The notes: a model not told the origin generated them from the sequence alone. 63,253 nt of DNA, filler included, from Psammoneis japonica (GCA_008632985.1; 10 parts of 10 records of this genome joined end to end with filler, not necessarily neighbours in it), one strand, 5' to 3'; shown: positions 12,250 to 25,085, numbered from the whole stretch's first letter. Numbers and translations: made by a program.

Positions 12250-13415
12250 GGATGAAGCAAAAGTTTTTAAATGGAAATGGGAGCGACAAAGGACAAGAGC
12301 ATGTGGGGCACGTTGATTGTTTCCTTGTTGAGCGACTTGTTGATGACAATTTTTATGAACATCCACAGGCAATTGCCAATGAGACTTGGGAGCTTGCAAA
12401 GATCTTGAGTGATCCAGATGGTCATTGGCCAAAGCACCTGGGACAGATCATGATTCATGACGCAATGTCGCTCCTCAAGAGAAACTGGGTCGGCAGATGT
12501 GGTGGTGATGGCCGTGTTCTCAGCGACAATCATCACATCATGGGGAAAGAAAATGTCATTCTCAAGATGGGTGCAAGTGGCATGCAACTGGAGTTGGGAG
12601 CCCAAGCCTCTCCCGCTTGCGCCGGAGTGGGAGGCGGCCTTCGTGAGGAAGCCATTGTCAAAGCTGCCTGGAATTTCAGTGGAATGGGATTTGTTCAGGC
12701 TGGGAGCTGGGAGGTGGCCTGCTGTTTGATGTCTTGCCAATGAACTGCACTTTGCCAATGATTGGCATTTGCCATTGCATGTTCAAGTCGAAAACACCAC
12801 AAGGCTCGATGGATTCCAAAGGCTGAAACACGAACGTGCTGGAGATTCACGTTGATGCTGTGCAGCATGATCGGAACACAAGTGCAACGACGAAGACAGC
12901 AAGCTTCAGGACATTGTGTTTGCCATGGCTGACAAGGGATGCAAGGACCAGTGTGGTGTGGCTGCCATCACAAAGGCAGGGTCTCATCGATTGGGGTGGG
13001 AGTTTTGTTGAAGCCTGCATGCTGCAAGCAGCAGTTGTGATGGCGCTTCATGCAGTGGCATGTGCTGGCTTTTGGACATTCTCATTGGCCTGGAGGCATG
13101 CAGTGTGGACTCACCAGATGCTTGTGTGGTCACTGTCCTTTGCATGTTGGCACAGCAACATGTGACGCATCAGCAATCAAGCACTTGCTCTCGAAAGGAG
13201 CGGACAGTTTGGTCAAGAACAACGCTGGTGAGACGCCCCTTGATCTGCGAAAATCTGAGGACGGACAGCAAAAGATGAACACGAAATGTGCCAGTGTCAC
13301 TTTTTGCAAACTGATGTGGAAGCACAAAGAGAAAATGCAGGACTCCCAGTGTGGGCTGTTCTTGAGATTGTACATCTTCCCCTGGCGGCATTTCAGCTGC
13401 ATTCTCTGCTTCTAA
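12250..13415 (+). pseudogene. Disrupted ankyrin-repeat gene in TpA-depleted DNA
   Basis: IKHLLSKGADSLVKNNAGETPLDL is a canonical ankyrin C-terminal motif, and ALHAVA lies upstream in another frame. The frames are broken. Confidence 0.6.
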
Positions 13416-16400
13416 AGATCCTTCGATTTGCTCGTTTTCTCCTTCAAAACACAGTCCTTTGGATTCTGCTGAAATTTTCCAGGCATCCTCATCCTCACCA
13501 GTGTCCTCACTGCCTGCTCCTTCTTCTTCTTCTTCACCGTTCTCGTCCACTGCAGATTCGTCGCCGTTGCTAGAGTCGTTTTCCTCTGGCCTGCCAATTT
13601 GCTTCTCCATGTCTCCCATTAATTCCATGTTTTGAATGGATCGAATCGCCTTCAAAAGGATGCTCAGTCGAGGTGACAAGGATGCCATTTCGACATGTGA
13701 AGTGCCTTGACAAGCAACGACCACCAATCTCTCTCTTTGTCTCTGTGAATGCCCTGCAAAGTCGCAGCTTGTCGTCAGCAGCTGAATCTGGACGATCCAT
13801 GCAAACGAAGTTAGTGTTCTGGAAGGTTGAAAGAAGCNNNNNNNNNNNNNNNNNNNNNNNNNNNNNNNNNNNNNNNNNNNNTTAATTAATTAANNNNNNN
13901 NNNNNNNNNNNNNNNNNNNNNNNNNNNNNNNNNNNNNCTCTTTCTGTCGTTCAAAAAGTCTTGTGTGTGTGTGTTTATCTAACTCTGTATCGTCCATGTT
14001 GTATCCGCAGCAGTGAGAATGGGTGGCGAGAAGGTTATCTGGCTCTGTGTCATCTATGTTGTATCTGCAGAGGTGAGAATGGGCATCGGCAATGTGATTG
14101 TATTTATGTTGTTTGCCAAGGGGTCCTATTTTGATACTTTATCGAAAAACGAAAACGTATGGATAGTCAATGATAACATCTAGCCGATCTTGATTCCTTG
14201 AGAAATTCCAGCTTGGATTTCGAAACGGAATGCGAAACCCAAGATTGCTTGTCAGTCATGGTTATCGTTTTCGGTCCCGCCCGGGAATTCCGCGTTGGCA
14301 GCCGAAGAATTGGGTTTGTCTTCGGCAAGCAGGACTTCCCAACTCTCTCGCAACTTCTGCTCGGTTACAAAAAGCGAATGCAAGACGGCGAGCATAATGA
14401 GTGAAAGATTCTTTGCAGCAACAGAGCAAGATGCATTAACAAATGCCACTTACTTCGAGAGCGAGCTCATACGGACGGATTGCTTCATCGGCGAACTTGG
14501 GACTCTTGAGGAAATTCAAGTGCGCCTCGTGCTTCGAGACGCAGTCCGCCCAAGCGTCCTGCAACCTCTCTTCAAGAAACGCGACCAGTTTTTGTTGAAG
14601 CTCTTCATTCCCATTGGACACAGTCAATTCACACATGTCGTGGGCGTCTTGCACCTCTTTGTGCGAGGCTGCCAAGGCGTCCAAATGCTCCTTGTGTTCT
14701 TGGAATGCCCTGTCGGCCATGTCGTACATGGCCTTCAACTGACGGGAGAACTCACTGTTGTTCATGGTGGAAAAGGCAAATGCAAACACTTAGCAGATAG
14801 TTGCTGTGGGGTCGGATGCAGGAATTGTGAGGAAAAGCGCAAGAAGTGAGAAATCGAACGATTGGCGAAAACAACCGCGTGGCGGATACTGTAGCTGCGG
14901 GAGCCTGGCAGTACTAGACTGCGTGGAATTCCACGACGAGCTAAATCATTCGCTTTTCAAGACAAAACCATGAATGCGCTCGAGTCATGGGACATGTAAT
15001 GTGCTACATCAAAACACTAATAAATGCATATGATCCACTTATTGATCGCGTTTTTCTACTCACTCATTGGACATTGCTGTCCATGTCATGTGCGATTGTT
15101 TTAGCCTCTCCTATGGCCTCTACTACCGGTAGACTAATCGTGACTATCGAGATGTGTGGAGAGGAGAGCACAAGGCCAGAGAAGCAACTCAATACGAGAT
15201 CGTACGTGCCACGAACTTTGAAAAGTCCGCCACCGCAACGCACCTGGAGAGATCACTCTAGGGCCCTACTACTGTAGTACAGTAGAGTGCGACCGAAGAC
15301 CGAAGGGCTCTACTCTAGAGCCCTGCCTGCATACGAAACACACAAAACGGCAACGAATAAAGTTCGGTTCACCAGTGGTTACTCTTGAAAGGTTTAATTT
15401 TCTGTCCCTGCAAAAATACCGTAGGAGCTGAAAAGCATACCGCTTGTCCAAAATCTTTGCACGCCAAGCAATGGCAAAACCGATTCCACTCGCTACGCTT
15501 CAATCAAAATAGTGTGACATGTGGGGTACCAAACCGAATACGAGTACGTCTGGTGGGAAATTGTGTGTTTTGTTTGACTACCGTCTCGGGTTCTTTTTGT
15601 ATTCTCATCCATTGTCGCTCCTTCCCTCACTTTTTTCAACGGCAGCCAAACTGATGTTGCAGCGGGTAGATGACTGGACTGACGAGAGTTTCCAAGAAGA
15701 TTGCTATGGTGAGAGCTGACAAGTAGAGAGGATCGTCGGCATTATCGTGTGCCCAAAGTTGCATTGCTTTCTTATTCTCACATTATTGTCATCCAACGTT
15801 CTTGATCCGTAGTGGACATTCGTGCATACGGTACGCTTTGATTTTGTGCCGTTGTGGCATTATGCTGTTGGCACCACTTACCATCTCCTTTTGATGTACT
15901 TTTTTCTTTTATAGCAAAACCTGAGAGAACTCGTGAGATGGTTCTGGACGGAATGGAAAAAGTGCAACAAGCGTTCAAAGAATTTGATTTAGTTGCGAAT
16001 GTTCGATTGGAAACCTACAACGGCGACCAGTACTTTCATGTGCCACCGCCATTGAAAAAGTAAAAGCTAGAGAACGAATGTTATCTTGCCAAACTATAGG
16101 AAGTATGGTGAAGTTTTTTGACATGGAGGAATTGAGTATGCCCACATAAAGCACTGATACGGCAAGAACATCGAATCGGCATGCAAGCAGTTTTCCTCCA
16201 GGTATTCCGCGATAAAGAATCCTAATGGCCCGGAAACAGGATAGAAAACCAGGGAGAAGATGGGTGACTCTTGCTTTTATGTGTGCAGTGATGCTTCTAA
16301 AGATGAATCCATGTATAGGCACATCTCGATAATGTCCAGCATTGAGACCACCATTCTTGTTCATGCAACTGTGATCACGACGAGGAGTCGGCTGAGGCCT

Positions 16401-17024
16401 TGTGTGGTGTACTACAAAGATCATCCGACCTACCACAATCTCATGGGATGTGGTGGAGAGGAGAAGCTGCGTAAAGACAAATTCTCTATATTGTCGGAGG
16501 GTTTCCTTGGATTGCTCTCGGGAGATGTTCTCCTCCACCTGGCAATGGGACGCCGACTGGCAAAAGTCAGCGACTGAAAGGCGTCCTGTACGTCCTCTAA
16601 TTCAATAATTGTCAAGGCTACCTCCTCCATAATTCATCAACGTGTTGAGACTCGGTGGTGCTATACATCCCATGTATTCGACTGTGTGCTTTTCTTGTAT
16701 ACTGACTGGAGATGTAGTGAGACGATGAGATGTGTATGTTTCAGGAAGGATCAGGACTCCTCTCGATATACCCATGCATCGAACTCAATACAACTCTCAA
16801 CATTTGTGTCGTATTGAAAACAATACTTTATAGACAACGCAGCCATTGCAACGCTTCAAAGAGTGCAAAGCCCCATAAAATAATGAGGCAGAGACGCACT
16901 AGTCATAATACTATATTGCACTACCGGTACAAGTAGGTAGAGCAAGTGCATCACGTTGTAACAGCAAAACTCAAACTCTATATTATTATGCTTTCTCTAG
17001 TAGCGAAACGAATCGAATCATCCT

Positions 17025-18281
17025 TTAATCCTGATCGTCATTGCCATCTGGAACAAAACCAATATTCCCATAACGTCCCGAGAGACAATGAAAGTCTTCC
17101 GGCTGTCCGGTTGGGCAAATGGTATACGTTTGTCCCTCGCTGAGTAGCTCTCGTCTAGACTCCTGTTCAATGGTATAAAAGGTACAATCGCGTTCTTGGT
17201 CCACATTATAGGGTGGTAGCAAGACATCCAAGACGGCGGCTCCTCGAGGTCCCGCCACAAACTCGTGTAAATTGCCTTGGTAGGGATAGAGTACAGTCAC
17301 ATTGGGAGCCACCAAATAATCAACACCGTTGTAAAGAGCGCATCTGTTGTTGTTGTTGTTTTCGGATTGTGGCTTTTTCAAAAAGGAGGATAACCACGAG
17401 CTACTGCTACTGTCGTTATGATTGGAGGACGATGATTCTTCTTGTGGTATCAAATCCAGAGACGTTCGATGCAAGTCGCCGTACAAGACGCGTGACAAGA
17501 CACACATACCGGGATGATCGTGCAGGGGTATGCTCGTATGCGGAGGAAAGACAAAGACTCCAATACTATACTTGCCCTCGACTTCGGATACATGAAGATA
17601 GCGAACAGCATTCTCACGTGATGGCTTTGGTGGTTCGATCTTGGCGTGTATTGGTTTGCAAAAGAGCCTGGGGAATAACAACAGAGGAGGAGCAGAGAGT
17701 GTTATTATATGAGCATACCGTGCTGCATACAGTACCACAGATTAACCATAAAAACAGAGCATTTAGACTCACCCTTTTCGAACTCGGGCTCCGTCTCGAC
17801 TCGTGCTTTTCTCGAGATCTAACACGGACTCCGCCTTGACTTCCTCCAAAGCTTTCCGAATCGGTTCCAAGTACTGTTGTAGCGTTTCTTGATCAATCAT
17901 ACTCAAGTCACTACTATCACCGATCACATTTTTCAGCAGGGCCAGAGGAGGCGGAGTCGAGGAGAGTGTGGAGGACGAAGACATGTCGCTTCTGCTGCTA
18001 CTGCTGATGTTTTTGCTGTTCTTGAAAGAATAAAGTGATTGAGAAAACGACATCACGTTTCGGGAGGTTGAAGTCGATCGACGCCCCGTAGAATCAGTAC
18101 TGGGGTCTACGTGACCCAAATGAGAACTGTTGGCACGAGGCATCAAACCCGAACTTTTGAGGCTCGTTCCTCGCTCGTCTGCTGGTAAGGCATTGTACGT
18201 TTCCATTTCATGGCTTTCGTCACACTCGTTCCCGGTTGTCTCGTCGAGTTGTTGGAGCAGAGGACGTAACGATTGCATCAT
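17025..18281 (-). CDS. ADO: Plant cysteine oxidase / 2-aminoethanethiol dioxygenase (PCO/ADO) family, 2 exons (18281-17773, 17667-17025)
   Basis: Cupin motifs IGVFVFPP..IPLHDHPGMCVLSRVLYG, GNLHEF, VLDVLLPPY and RDCTFY. A GTGAGT...TTCCCCAG intron at 17772-17668 joins the two ORFs in frame (RKG|LFCKP). Confidence 0.9.
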
Positions 18282-18939
18282 TTTGTTTTCACTCGGTGCC
18301 GTCGCTTTGTTTTGCCATTTTCGCAAGAGCAACAACGTGAGTGCGTGAGTGGTCGAGATGGTTCGTTATGTCATAATGACGTTGAAGGGCAATAGGATTA
18401 GGGGCACGTATGTTGTGACACATAAGAGTATTGAATATTTGGGTTCTTTGATATATATAAGTCACATTCACGTAAGTGTGACATCACCGTCATTAATTGT
18501 TCGCTCGGACTGCGTAAAGCACATCCACCTGTTAGAAATCACTTTGATAATACCGGTACGGCCTTCATTCGGAGGGAAGATTTTTGATCGTCATGCTTTA
18601 TTTCTTCTATCCGAACGAGACACGAGACTGAAAGAAAGCTCAACAAGATGCTTGTATATGGAACAAGATCAGTGTTTTCGTAGTTGTCTCTTGGCTTATC
18701 TCTCGGTGACCTTTGTGACAAAGTGCCGCTCGCTCTTGACTATTGTAGCACAAACCCGATCCAATTCCAATGCCGTAGGCATGATCCTCAGTGAGACTGA
18801 CTCTTGTGGTGCTAATATGCTGTGTCAACTGGTAAAGACACGTTCAAATACACTGTTAGTTTTCAAATGGACTGTAACGCTAAGACTAGGAAAGACGTCG
18901 AATAATACTATGGTATCACTACTATTTGTTATGAATGAT

Positions 18940-19531
18940 TTAGTAAACCTCAACATGCCACTGCTTGGCCTTCTTGAGTCCCTTGAGCCACTCATCGTAG
19001 TCAAGTCCCTTGGACTCGGCAACTCCCTTGAGCATGTCCTGGATTCCGGGCATCATACCCTTGAGGCCGCAGAAGTAAATGTGGGCACCGTTCTCAAGCT
19101 TGGTGAAAACCTCGTCGGCGTACTCCTCAACCTTGTCCTGGATGTACATTTTTCCTCCCTTCTTGTTTTCTTGTTCACGGCTCAAGGCGTAGTCAAGACG
19201 GAAGTTGTCAGGGAACTTCTTCTTGGCCTCTTGGAACTCATCATCGTACAAAAGGGCATCGCTGTTGGCAACACCCAAAAAGAGCCAGGCCTCACCCTTG
19301 TAGGCACGGGCGGCGGGAGTGTCCTCGGCGAAAAGACGACGAATGAAACCACGGTAGGGAGCAATACCCGTTCCGGTGGCAACCATAATGTAGTCGGTGG
19401 TGGGGTCTTCCTCGGGCATGAGCATGACCTTTCCGGCGGGTCCGGTCATTTGGATTTCGTCACCCGGCTTGGTATCGCACAAAAAGTTGGAGCAGATGCC
19501 CTTCTTGGCGGGATCATCCGCTTTCAACTCG

Positions 19532-19564
<33 letters not shown>

Positions 19565-19585
19565 CTTCCCGTCTTTCCAGTCATG

Positions 19586-19629
<44 letters not shown>

Positions 19630-20285
19630 ATGGGGCTTTCCGTCCTTTTCGCGAACACCCGGGGGGATGACACCCCACGATTGTCCCTCCCAGTAGGGAA
19701 AGTCACCATCGTGATCAATGATAATGTGGCAAGTTTCACCAGTGGCCTTGGGTCCGACAATGCGCTTGGTGGAGACAATCTTTCCGGTGAAGGGAGCCTT
19801 GTTCTTGTACACATTGACAGGAACAGTGGACTGGTCGTAGTAGGGCTCGGCCTCCAAGAAATCCTCGGCAGCGAGGTTCGTGCTGTATGTTTAAGAAGGA
19901 AATAGACTAGATTGTTAGGATAAATGCGATTGGTGGACATCAAAGTAGTTCATCGAGTATGATTGGCGGCGGTCCATCGTGGTCGTCAAAATGTGACGAT
20001 CAGATATTGCGCCAGATATTGCACGAGATCCTCAGCGAATACCGAAAGAGCAATCCAAATACCCAAGCCCAGTCCAAACACTGTTGGATGTACAATGCCA
20101 AAAAGCATTCCTCTCAAAAGAAAAATGGATCTATTCCGACTCGTCGAATTATGAACGACAGAAATCTACGCTCACATTTTAGCGTGCAACACGTCAAGAT
20201 TAACTTACGTGAAAACCGGCTTGGAAGCGGGAACAAAGGCGGCAGCCGAGGCCACACAGGCGGCAAAACAGATAGCGGTCTTCAT
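18940..20285 (-). CDS. petH: Plastid ferredoxin-NADP+ reductase, 2 exons (20285-20209, 19882-18940)
   Basis: Motifs [35 protein letters not shown] and terminal WHVEVY. Exon 1 encodes [23 protein letters not shown] (signal peptide plus ASAFAP-like motif). The GTAAGT...ATACAG intron keeps the frame. Confidence 0.97.
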
Positions 20286-20633
20286 CGTTACTTCTCCGAA
20301 AGAATTGTGAACGCCACAAGTTGTTGTCTTTGACAAACGTCACAAGGATCTTTACACTTTCGACGTGGTTGTGTGACATGGTGAACACGTACGTGTGACC
20401 TGGCCGTCACTCGTTTTGCATTCCAAACCGTGAAATAATGAATCTCAGGCTTGAATATACATGAATAGCCACGCAAGCACTTAAAAAGGAATCCGGAATC
20501 ACGATCCTCCAGATCCTAAAAAAACCATTGCAAAGTCCGTCCGTCGCCCCATCGTCGATGTCGAACTTTTGACTTCCGGGTATCTTTTGTTTGACCCCAC
20601 ACGCGCCACCGCACACTTCTGCAGAAGAGAAAA
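20286..20633. promoter_or_regulatory. Probable bidirectional promoter between FNR and a divergent gene
   Basis: A 348-bp spacer between head-to-head ATGs at 20285 (-) and 20634 (+). Confidence 0.5.
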
Positions 20634-20699
20634 ATGAGGCTGTTGTTGAGCGTCGTTGCCGCCGCCATGGCGGCTTCAGGCGTCGTGTCGTTTCTCGCC
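20634..20699 (+). CDS. 5' end of a signal-peptide-bearing, possibly plastid-targeted protein, cut by the contig end
   Basis: AAAATG start followed by MRLLLSVVAAAMAASGVVS/FLA, a hydrophobic signal peptide followed by Phe. Confidence 0.55.
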
Positions 20700-20812
20700 N
20701 NNNNNNNNNNNNNNNNNNNNNNNNNNNNNNNNNNNNNNNNNNNTTAATTAATTAANNNNNNNNNNNNNNNNNNNNNNNNNNNNNNNNNNNNNNNNNNNNG
20801 CCACAGCGCACC

Positions 20813-23800
20813 ATGGGTCAACCCAGTGCCAGCAGGTCCGGCCAACAACGACGCCCGACCGAAAGGATGCGCGAGAGCCAACTGCAACAGGCTCAAGGCA
20901 TGGTCTCCCACAATGCCGAGGCAGAGGCACACCATGATGTGATGCACGAAGATGATTACAAACTGCAGGACAACATGGACTCACCTGTCTCTTTTCTGGC
21001 GAGCTCGGACCCCGACACCATGTGCTTTGACCAGGCCATGCGCGAACCTGACAGAGACGAGTTTGTCAAAGCCTGTGTTAAAGAGGTCAATGATCACATT
21101 GAAAGAAAACATTGGACACTCATCCCAAGAGAGGACGCACCTGATGATGTTGGCGTTCTCCCTTCGGCATGGTCTGTAAAGCGCAAAAGAGATGTCAAGA
21201 CTCAAGCCGTCTGCAAATGGAAGTCCCGACTCAATGTGCGCGGCGGGAAGCAAGAGTGTGCTGTCAACTGCTTCCAGACCTGCTCTGCTGTGGTCTTTTG
21301 GTTCACTGTCTGGCTCCTGCTGATCACAGCCATTCTCAAGAAGTGGCACACACGCCAAGTCGACTTCGTTCTGGCGCATCCGCGTGCTGATGTCGAATGT
21401 GACATGCATGTGGAGTCACCTGCAGGAGTTGAGACAAAATGTGGCAATGGCAAGACTCATGTTCTGAAGTTGCTCAAGAACTTACATGGACAGAAACAGG
21501 CAGGGAGAGCATGGCAAGAACACTTGCGTGATGGATTGTTAAGGATTGGTTTCGTACAATCAGCGGTTGACGAGTGCCTCTGTTTTCGTGGCAATGTCAT
21601 TTTCACCCATTGTGTCGATGACGGCATCTTTGCATCCCCTGACAAGTCTGCTGTTGACAAGGCGATGCAAGATGTCAGAGATGAGAATTTTGACATTGAT
21701 GATCAAGGCACTCTGGACGACTACCTCGGTGTCAACGTCGAGACGCCACCAGACGGCAGAATGAAACTCACCCAACCTCACCTTGTCAATCAGATTCTGG
21801 AGATGGCCAACATTCCCAAGAGACTGCCAAATGAGTCTGCTCCTGCTCCTTCTTCCAAGATCCTCCACAGGCATATGAGTGAGCCTGCTTTCCAAGGGAG
21901 CTTTCATTACCGATCCATCATCGGCAAGCTCAATTTTCTGGAGAAAAGCACTCGACCGGATGTCGCCTACGCGGTGCACCAAGTCGCACGTTTTTCCTCC
22001 GATCCCAAGGTTTCTCACGGTGAAGCCGTACTATGGCTCTGTAAGTACCTAAGGTCAACCAGAACTGAAGGTATTATACTGCAGCCCTCAACGGATAAGT
22101 CCCTTGAAGTTCACGCCGACGCGGACTTTGTGGGCAATTGGAACAAGCTGACAGCACCCGATGACGTCGGCACTTCCAAATCTCGAACTGGGTTTGTCAT
22201 CACCTACGCAGGGTGTCCGATTGTATGGACGTCCAAGCTACAGACTCAGATCGCGCTCAGCACTACTGAAGCTGAATTTATCGCTCTTTCGGAAAGTCTT
22301 CGAAGCGCCATCCCAATTATGAACCTCATTCAAGAGTTTATGAGTCACGGTCATAATGTCCCTTCCAAGACACCAGTCGTACACTGCAAGGCTTTTGAAG
22401 ACAATTCTGGAGCACTGGAGATCGCGAGATTGCCTAAGATGCGTCCTCGGACAAAACACTTCAACCTCACTCTCCACCACTTTAAAGACCATGTTCGCAA
22501 AGGTCTCATATCAATCCTACCAATTGATACGGCAGATCAGATTGCAGACAGTTTCACCAAACCACAGCGGTTTCCGCGCGAGAACGGTGAGCGTGTTTGT
22601 CTGTGAAAAAAAATGTTCGGGTGTGCCAAATCAAACTGGAATTAGGAACTTCTGAATCTTCAAAGTTTTGAAAAAAGCACACTGTCACCGCACAAAAAAA
22701 ATTTGTTGCTCAGAACCGCAGTCACCATGAATCGACAACAGCCGGTTCTACTTCATGTAAACTGCCGACACTGAGGAAAAAAATGAGATATGTTGTCGTT
22801 CATGGCATTGTTGAGGTCACATGTCGTTTTTTCCTTAGTGTAAGATGTTTTGATGTCGTCGTTATCGACATGGTTGACAATGGCGGACGGAATCTCGGTT
22901 GCGCCTTTTTTCGTTGAAATCATCGTAGATTTCTACGTGTGGTTTGTACTGGATTGTCGGAACAAGTTTTCGTCGACTTGTTGTCATCGATCTGACGGTG
23001 GCCTTGTTGATGGTATTTTGACTTGCCTCTCCCAGCATCTCCCATGTTTCAGCTCTCTGTTGTGTCTAACCATCATGCTGTGCAAAATTGTTTCATCTGT
23101 AGAAGCCCAGAGAGAAAAACACAAGATCATTCTTGCCGCTCCTGACGACGAGATTCATGCCACGATGCCGGGACGAACGAGCTTGACTGCAGGGGTGGAT
23201 GAAAAGCCCAGTGTGGACCACACAATGCAGCGCAGTCTTGGCATGCTTGTCAAGACTTGGTGTGATGGCAGTGGAAGTGTTCTGTCGGGATCATCCGAGC
23301 TCAAATTAGCTCAGGCCGCTGTTCTCTGTTAGTTGATGAGAAATGCACCGTCGGGCTGATGCAGCAGGTCGATGATCCAGGTAAGTTCACTTGACAAGTC
23401 TTGTGCATTTAACATCTTGATGGTGTGGGCGATTCTAACAGGTAGAGGCAATGGAAATTGTTTGCTGGGAAGGTCCATTTTTAAACTGCTCATGAGGTCA
23501 AATCCTGCCAGTCGACGCAGGCCATGAACCAACCGACATGCAGTGGCAGGCAATCATCTCTGGCAGTCTGCTGCGGTTGAATCTTACACACACAATGCCT
23601 GGAGTGACAAGTCATGTGCTCAAACTAGCCATCCAGTGCTCCCAAGCATGTTTCCTCGAGCAAAGAGTGGTCGCTGAGGGCTGAGAGGAGGTCTCAGACA
23701 AGCGTTGCTTTGCAAGCAGGGTCCACCAAAGTGCAGCAGAATCTGCTGAAAGAGAAACAATGCCATGTTCACTTTCATTGTGTCCAGTCCTGCCACGGAT

Positions 23801-24567
23801 GCAAAAACACCAGCATGACTGTCAACATCAAATCGTCTTGAACGGGGCAACTTCCATGTTTTTGTCGTGCAGCTTGGCTTCCAGTTCAGCCTGTCGAGAA
23901 ACCAATCGTCATTCTTGCCACTTGGAACAGTCTGCATTGGTGCCAAGTCCATCAATTGCAGCGTCAAGCTCGGCTTGATGATCGCGGTGCGATCGTTCCT
24001 GACAACAGGCCCAGCTGCTGATTTCTTGAGCCGACGCAATGTGGCAATCGTCTTGGAATTCTCCAATTCCTCCCCGAGCTCTTCCGGAGTGTCGTGCCAG
24101 AATCAGCTGCCGTTCGGGACAAGACAAAAGACAATCAAAAGACGAATTGTTCAGGCAAGACGATGGAGAGGAAGGAAACCAAAAAGGCAGCAAAGGGCAA
24201 ACCTTGCTGTCGAGACAGAGACTGTGCTGTAGAACAATGTTGAGGAGTCGGGTGGGGATGCATGTTGGCGGGGAAGAAGGAACTTCTGACCAACACAGTT
24301 GGCAAAATTTGACTTACCTGTCTTCTCTACATGGTGTGTTACAAAGGGGTGTCAATGATGCTGTAGAGTTACATCTTCAATTGACAAAGAGTGCCATCGT
24401 ACTAATAGACTTGAAGACGTGCAATAAAATGAAGAATCGGCGAGGGAAGGAGAAATAGGTAATGAGCACATTTCACCGTTCGCCCTGAAATGCGCGTTGA
24501 AACCGCTGTGAAACCTCTACCACAGAACCTCTTCGTTAAACACAGGAAATCGCTCCTTAAGTGGTAA
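20813..24567 (+). mobile_element. Ty1/Copia reverse transcriptase-RNase H, split by a nested DNA transposon
   Basis: RT motifs QVDFVLAHP, LHGQKQAGRAW and THCVDD, and RNase H motifs ADADFVG, LSTTEAE and EDNSGA. The frame stops at ADSFTK (22562) and resumes at 24511 as KPLPQNLFVKHRKSLLKW-stop. Confidence 0.95.
22563..24510. mobile_element. 1948-bp apparently non-autonomous TIR DNA transposon with CAC termini and a 4-bp TSD (CMC/Chapaev-like)
   Basis: Perfect 12-bp TIR CACAGCGGTTTC / GAAACCGCTGTG plus an inverted subterminal GAACGGTGA. AAAC is duplicated at 22559-22562 and 24511-24514. Removing the element restores FTKPLP. Confidence 0.9.
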
Positions 24568-24602
24568 GACGTTTTCGAGTCATCATTCCACCCGACATTA
24601 TT

Positions 24603-24968
24603 GAAGGGAGTGTGACAATATTCATATTTTCATGGCAATGCATCAACGTATTCATATTTGGATGTTTTGCAATAACGCCGAACTTCCAACTTTTCATTCG
24701 CCAACAATCGCTACCATCAGATCTGAAGATACAACATATGATCCAAGATTCGAACCCCGTGTGCGATGCTCAGTCTCGAATCCCGCGGAAGCCGAGTCAC
24801 GAATGCGATGTTTGTTCCCAGCTTCGCGCTTGTTTAACTTCGCGTTTCTTTTAGATAGCAGCTGCATCTGCTCATAAAAACTGCTCATAATCTTTCTAAC
24901 GTACTGATTATCACCTCTCAACTTTTGGTACAATAAAGTTACTGATTGATTGTTGCATCGCAATCACA
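24603..24968 (+). repeat. Polypurine tract and probable 3' LTR of the Copia
   Basis: GAAGGGAG(TG) shortly after the pol stop, then TG(TG)ACA..., with a candidate end at ...ATCA(CA) near 24966-24968. The partner LTR is not in the contig. Confidence 0.6.
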
Positions 24969-25085
24969 GCTTTTAATCACCGAAAGTGCAGACGAGTCCT
25001 AGAATTCTGGCTACTTTCCCACAGCCATGTTGCACCCATTGAATCTATTCATCATAAAACTCCTTTTTCTGACACTGGTAAGATC

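Noticed and set aside
14295..16577. ORFs 14436-14789 (-), 14295-14849 (+) and broken frames at 15854-16577
   Set aside because: They may be a small gene and a pseudogene, but I recognise no motif that supports a call.
18349..19905. 518-aa plus-strand ORF
   Set aside because: It is the antisense shadow of the codon-biased FNR gene, with no recognisable domain.
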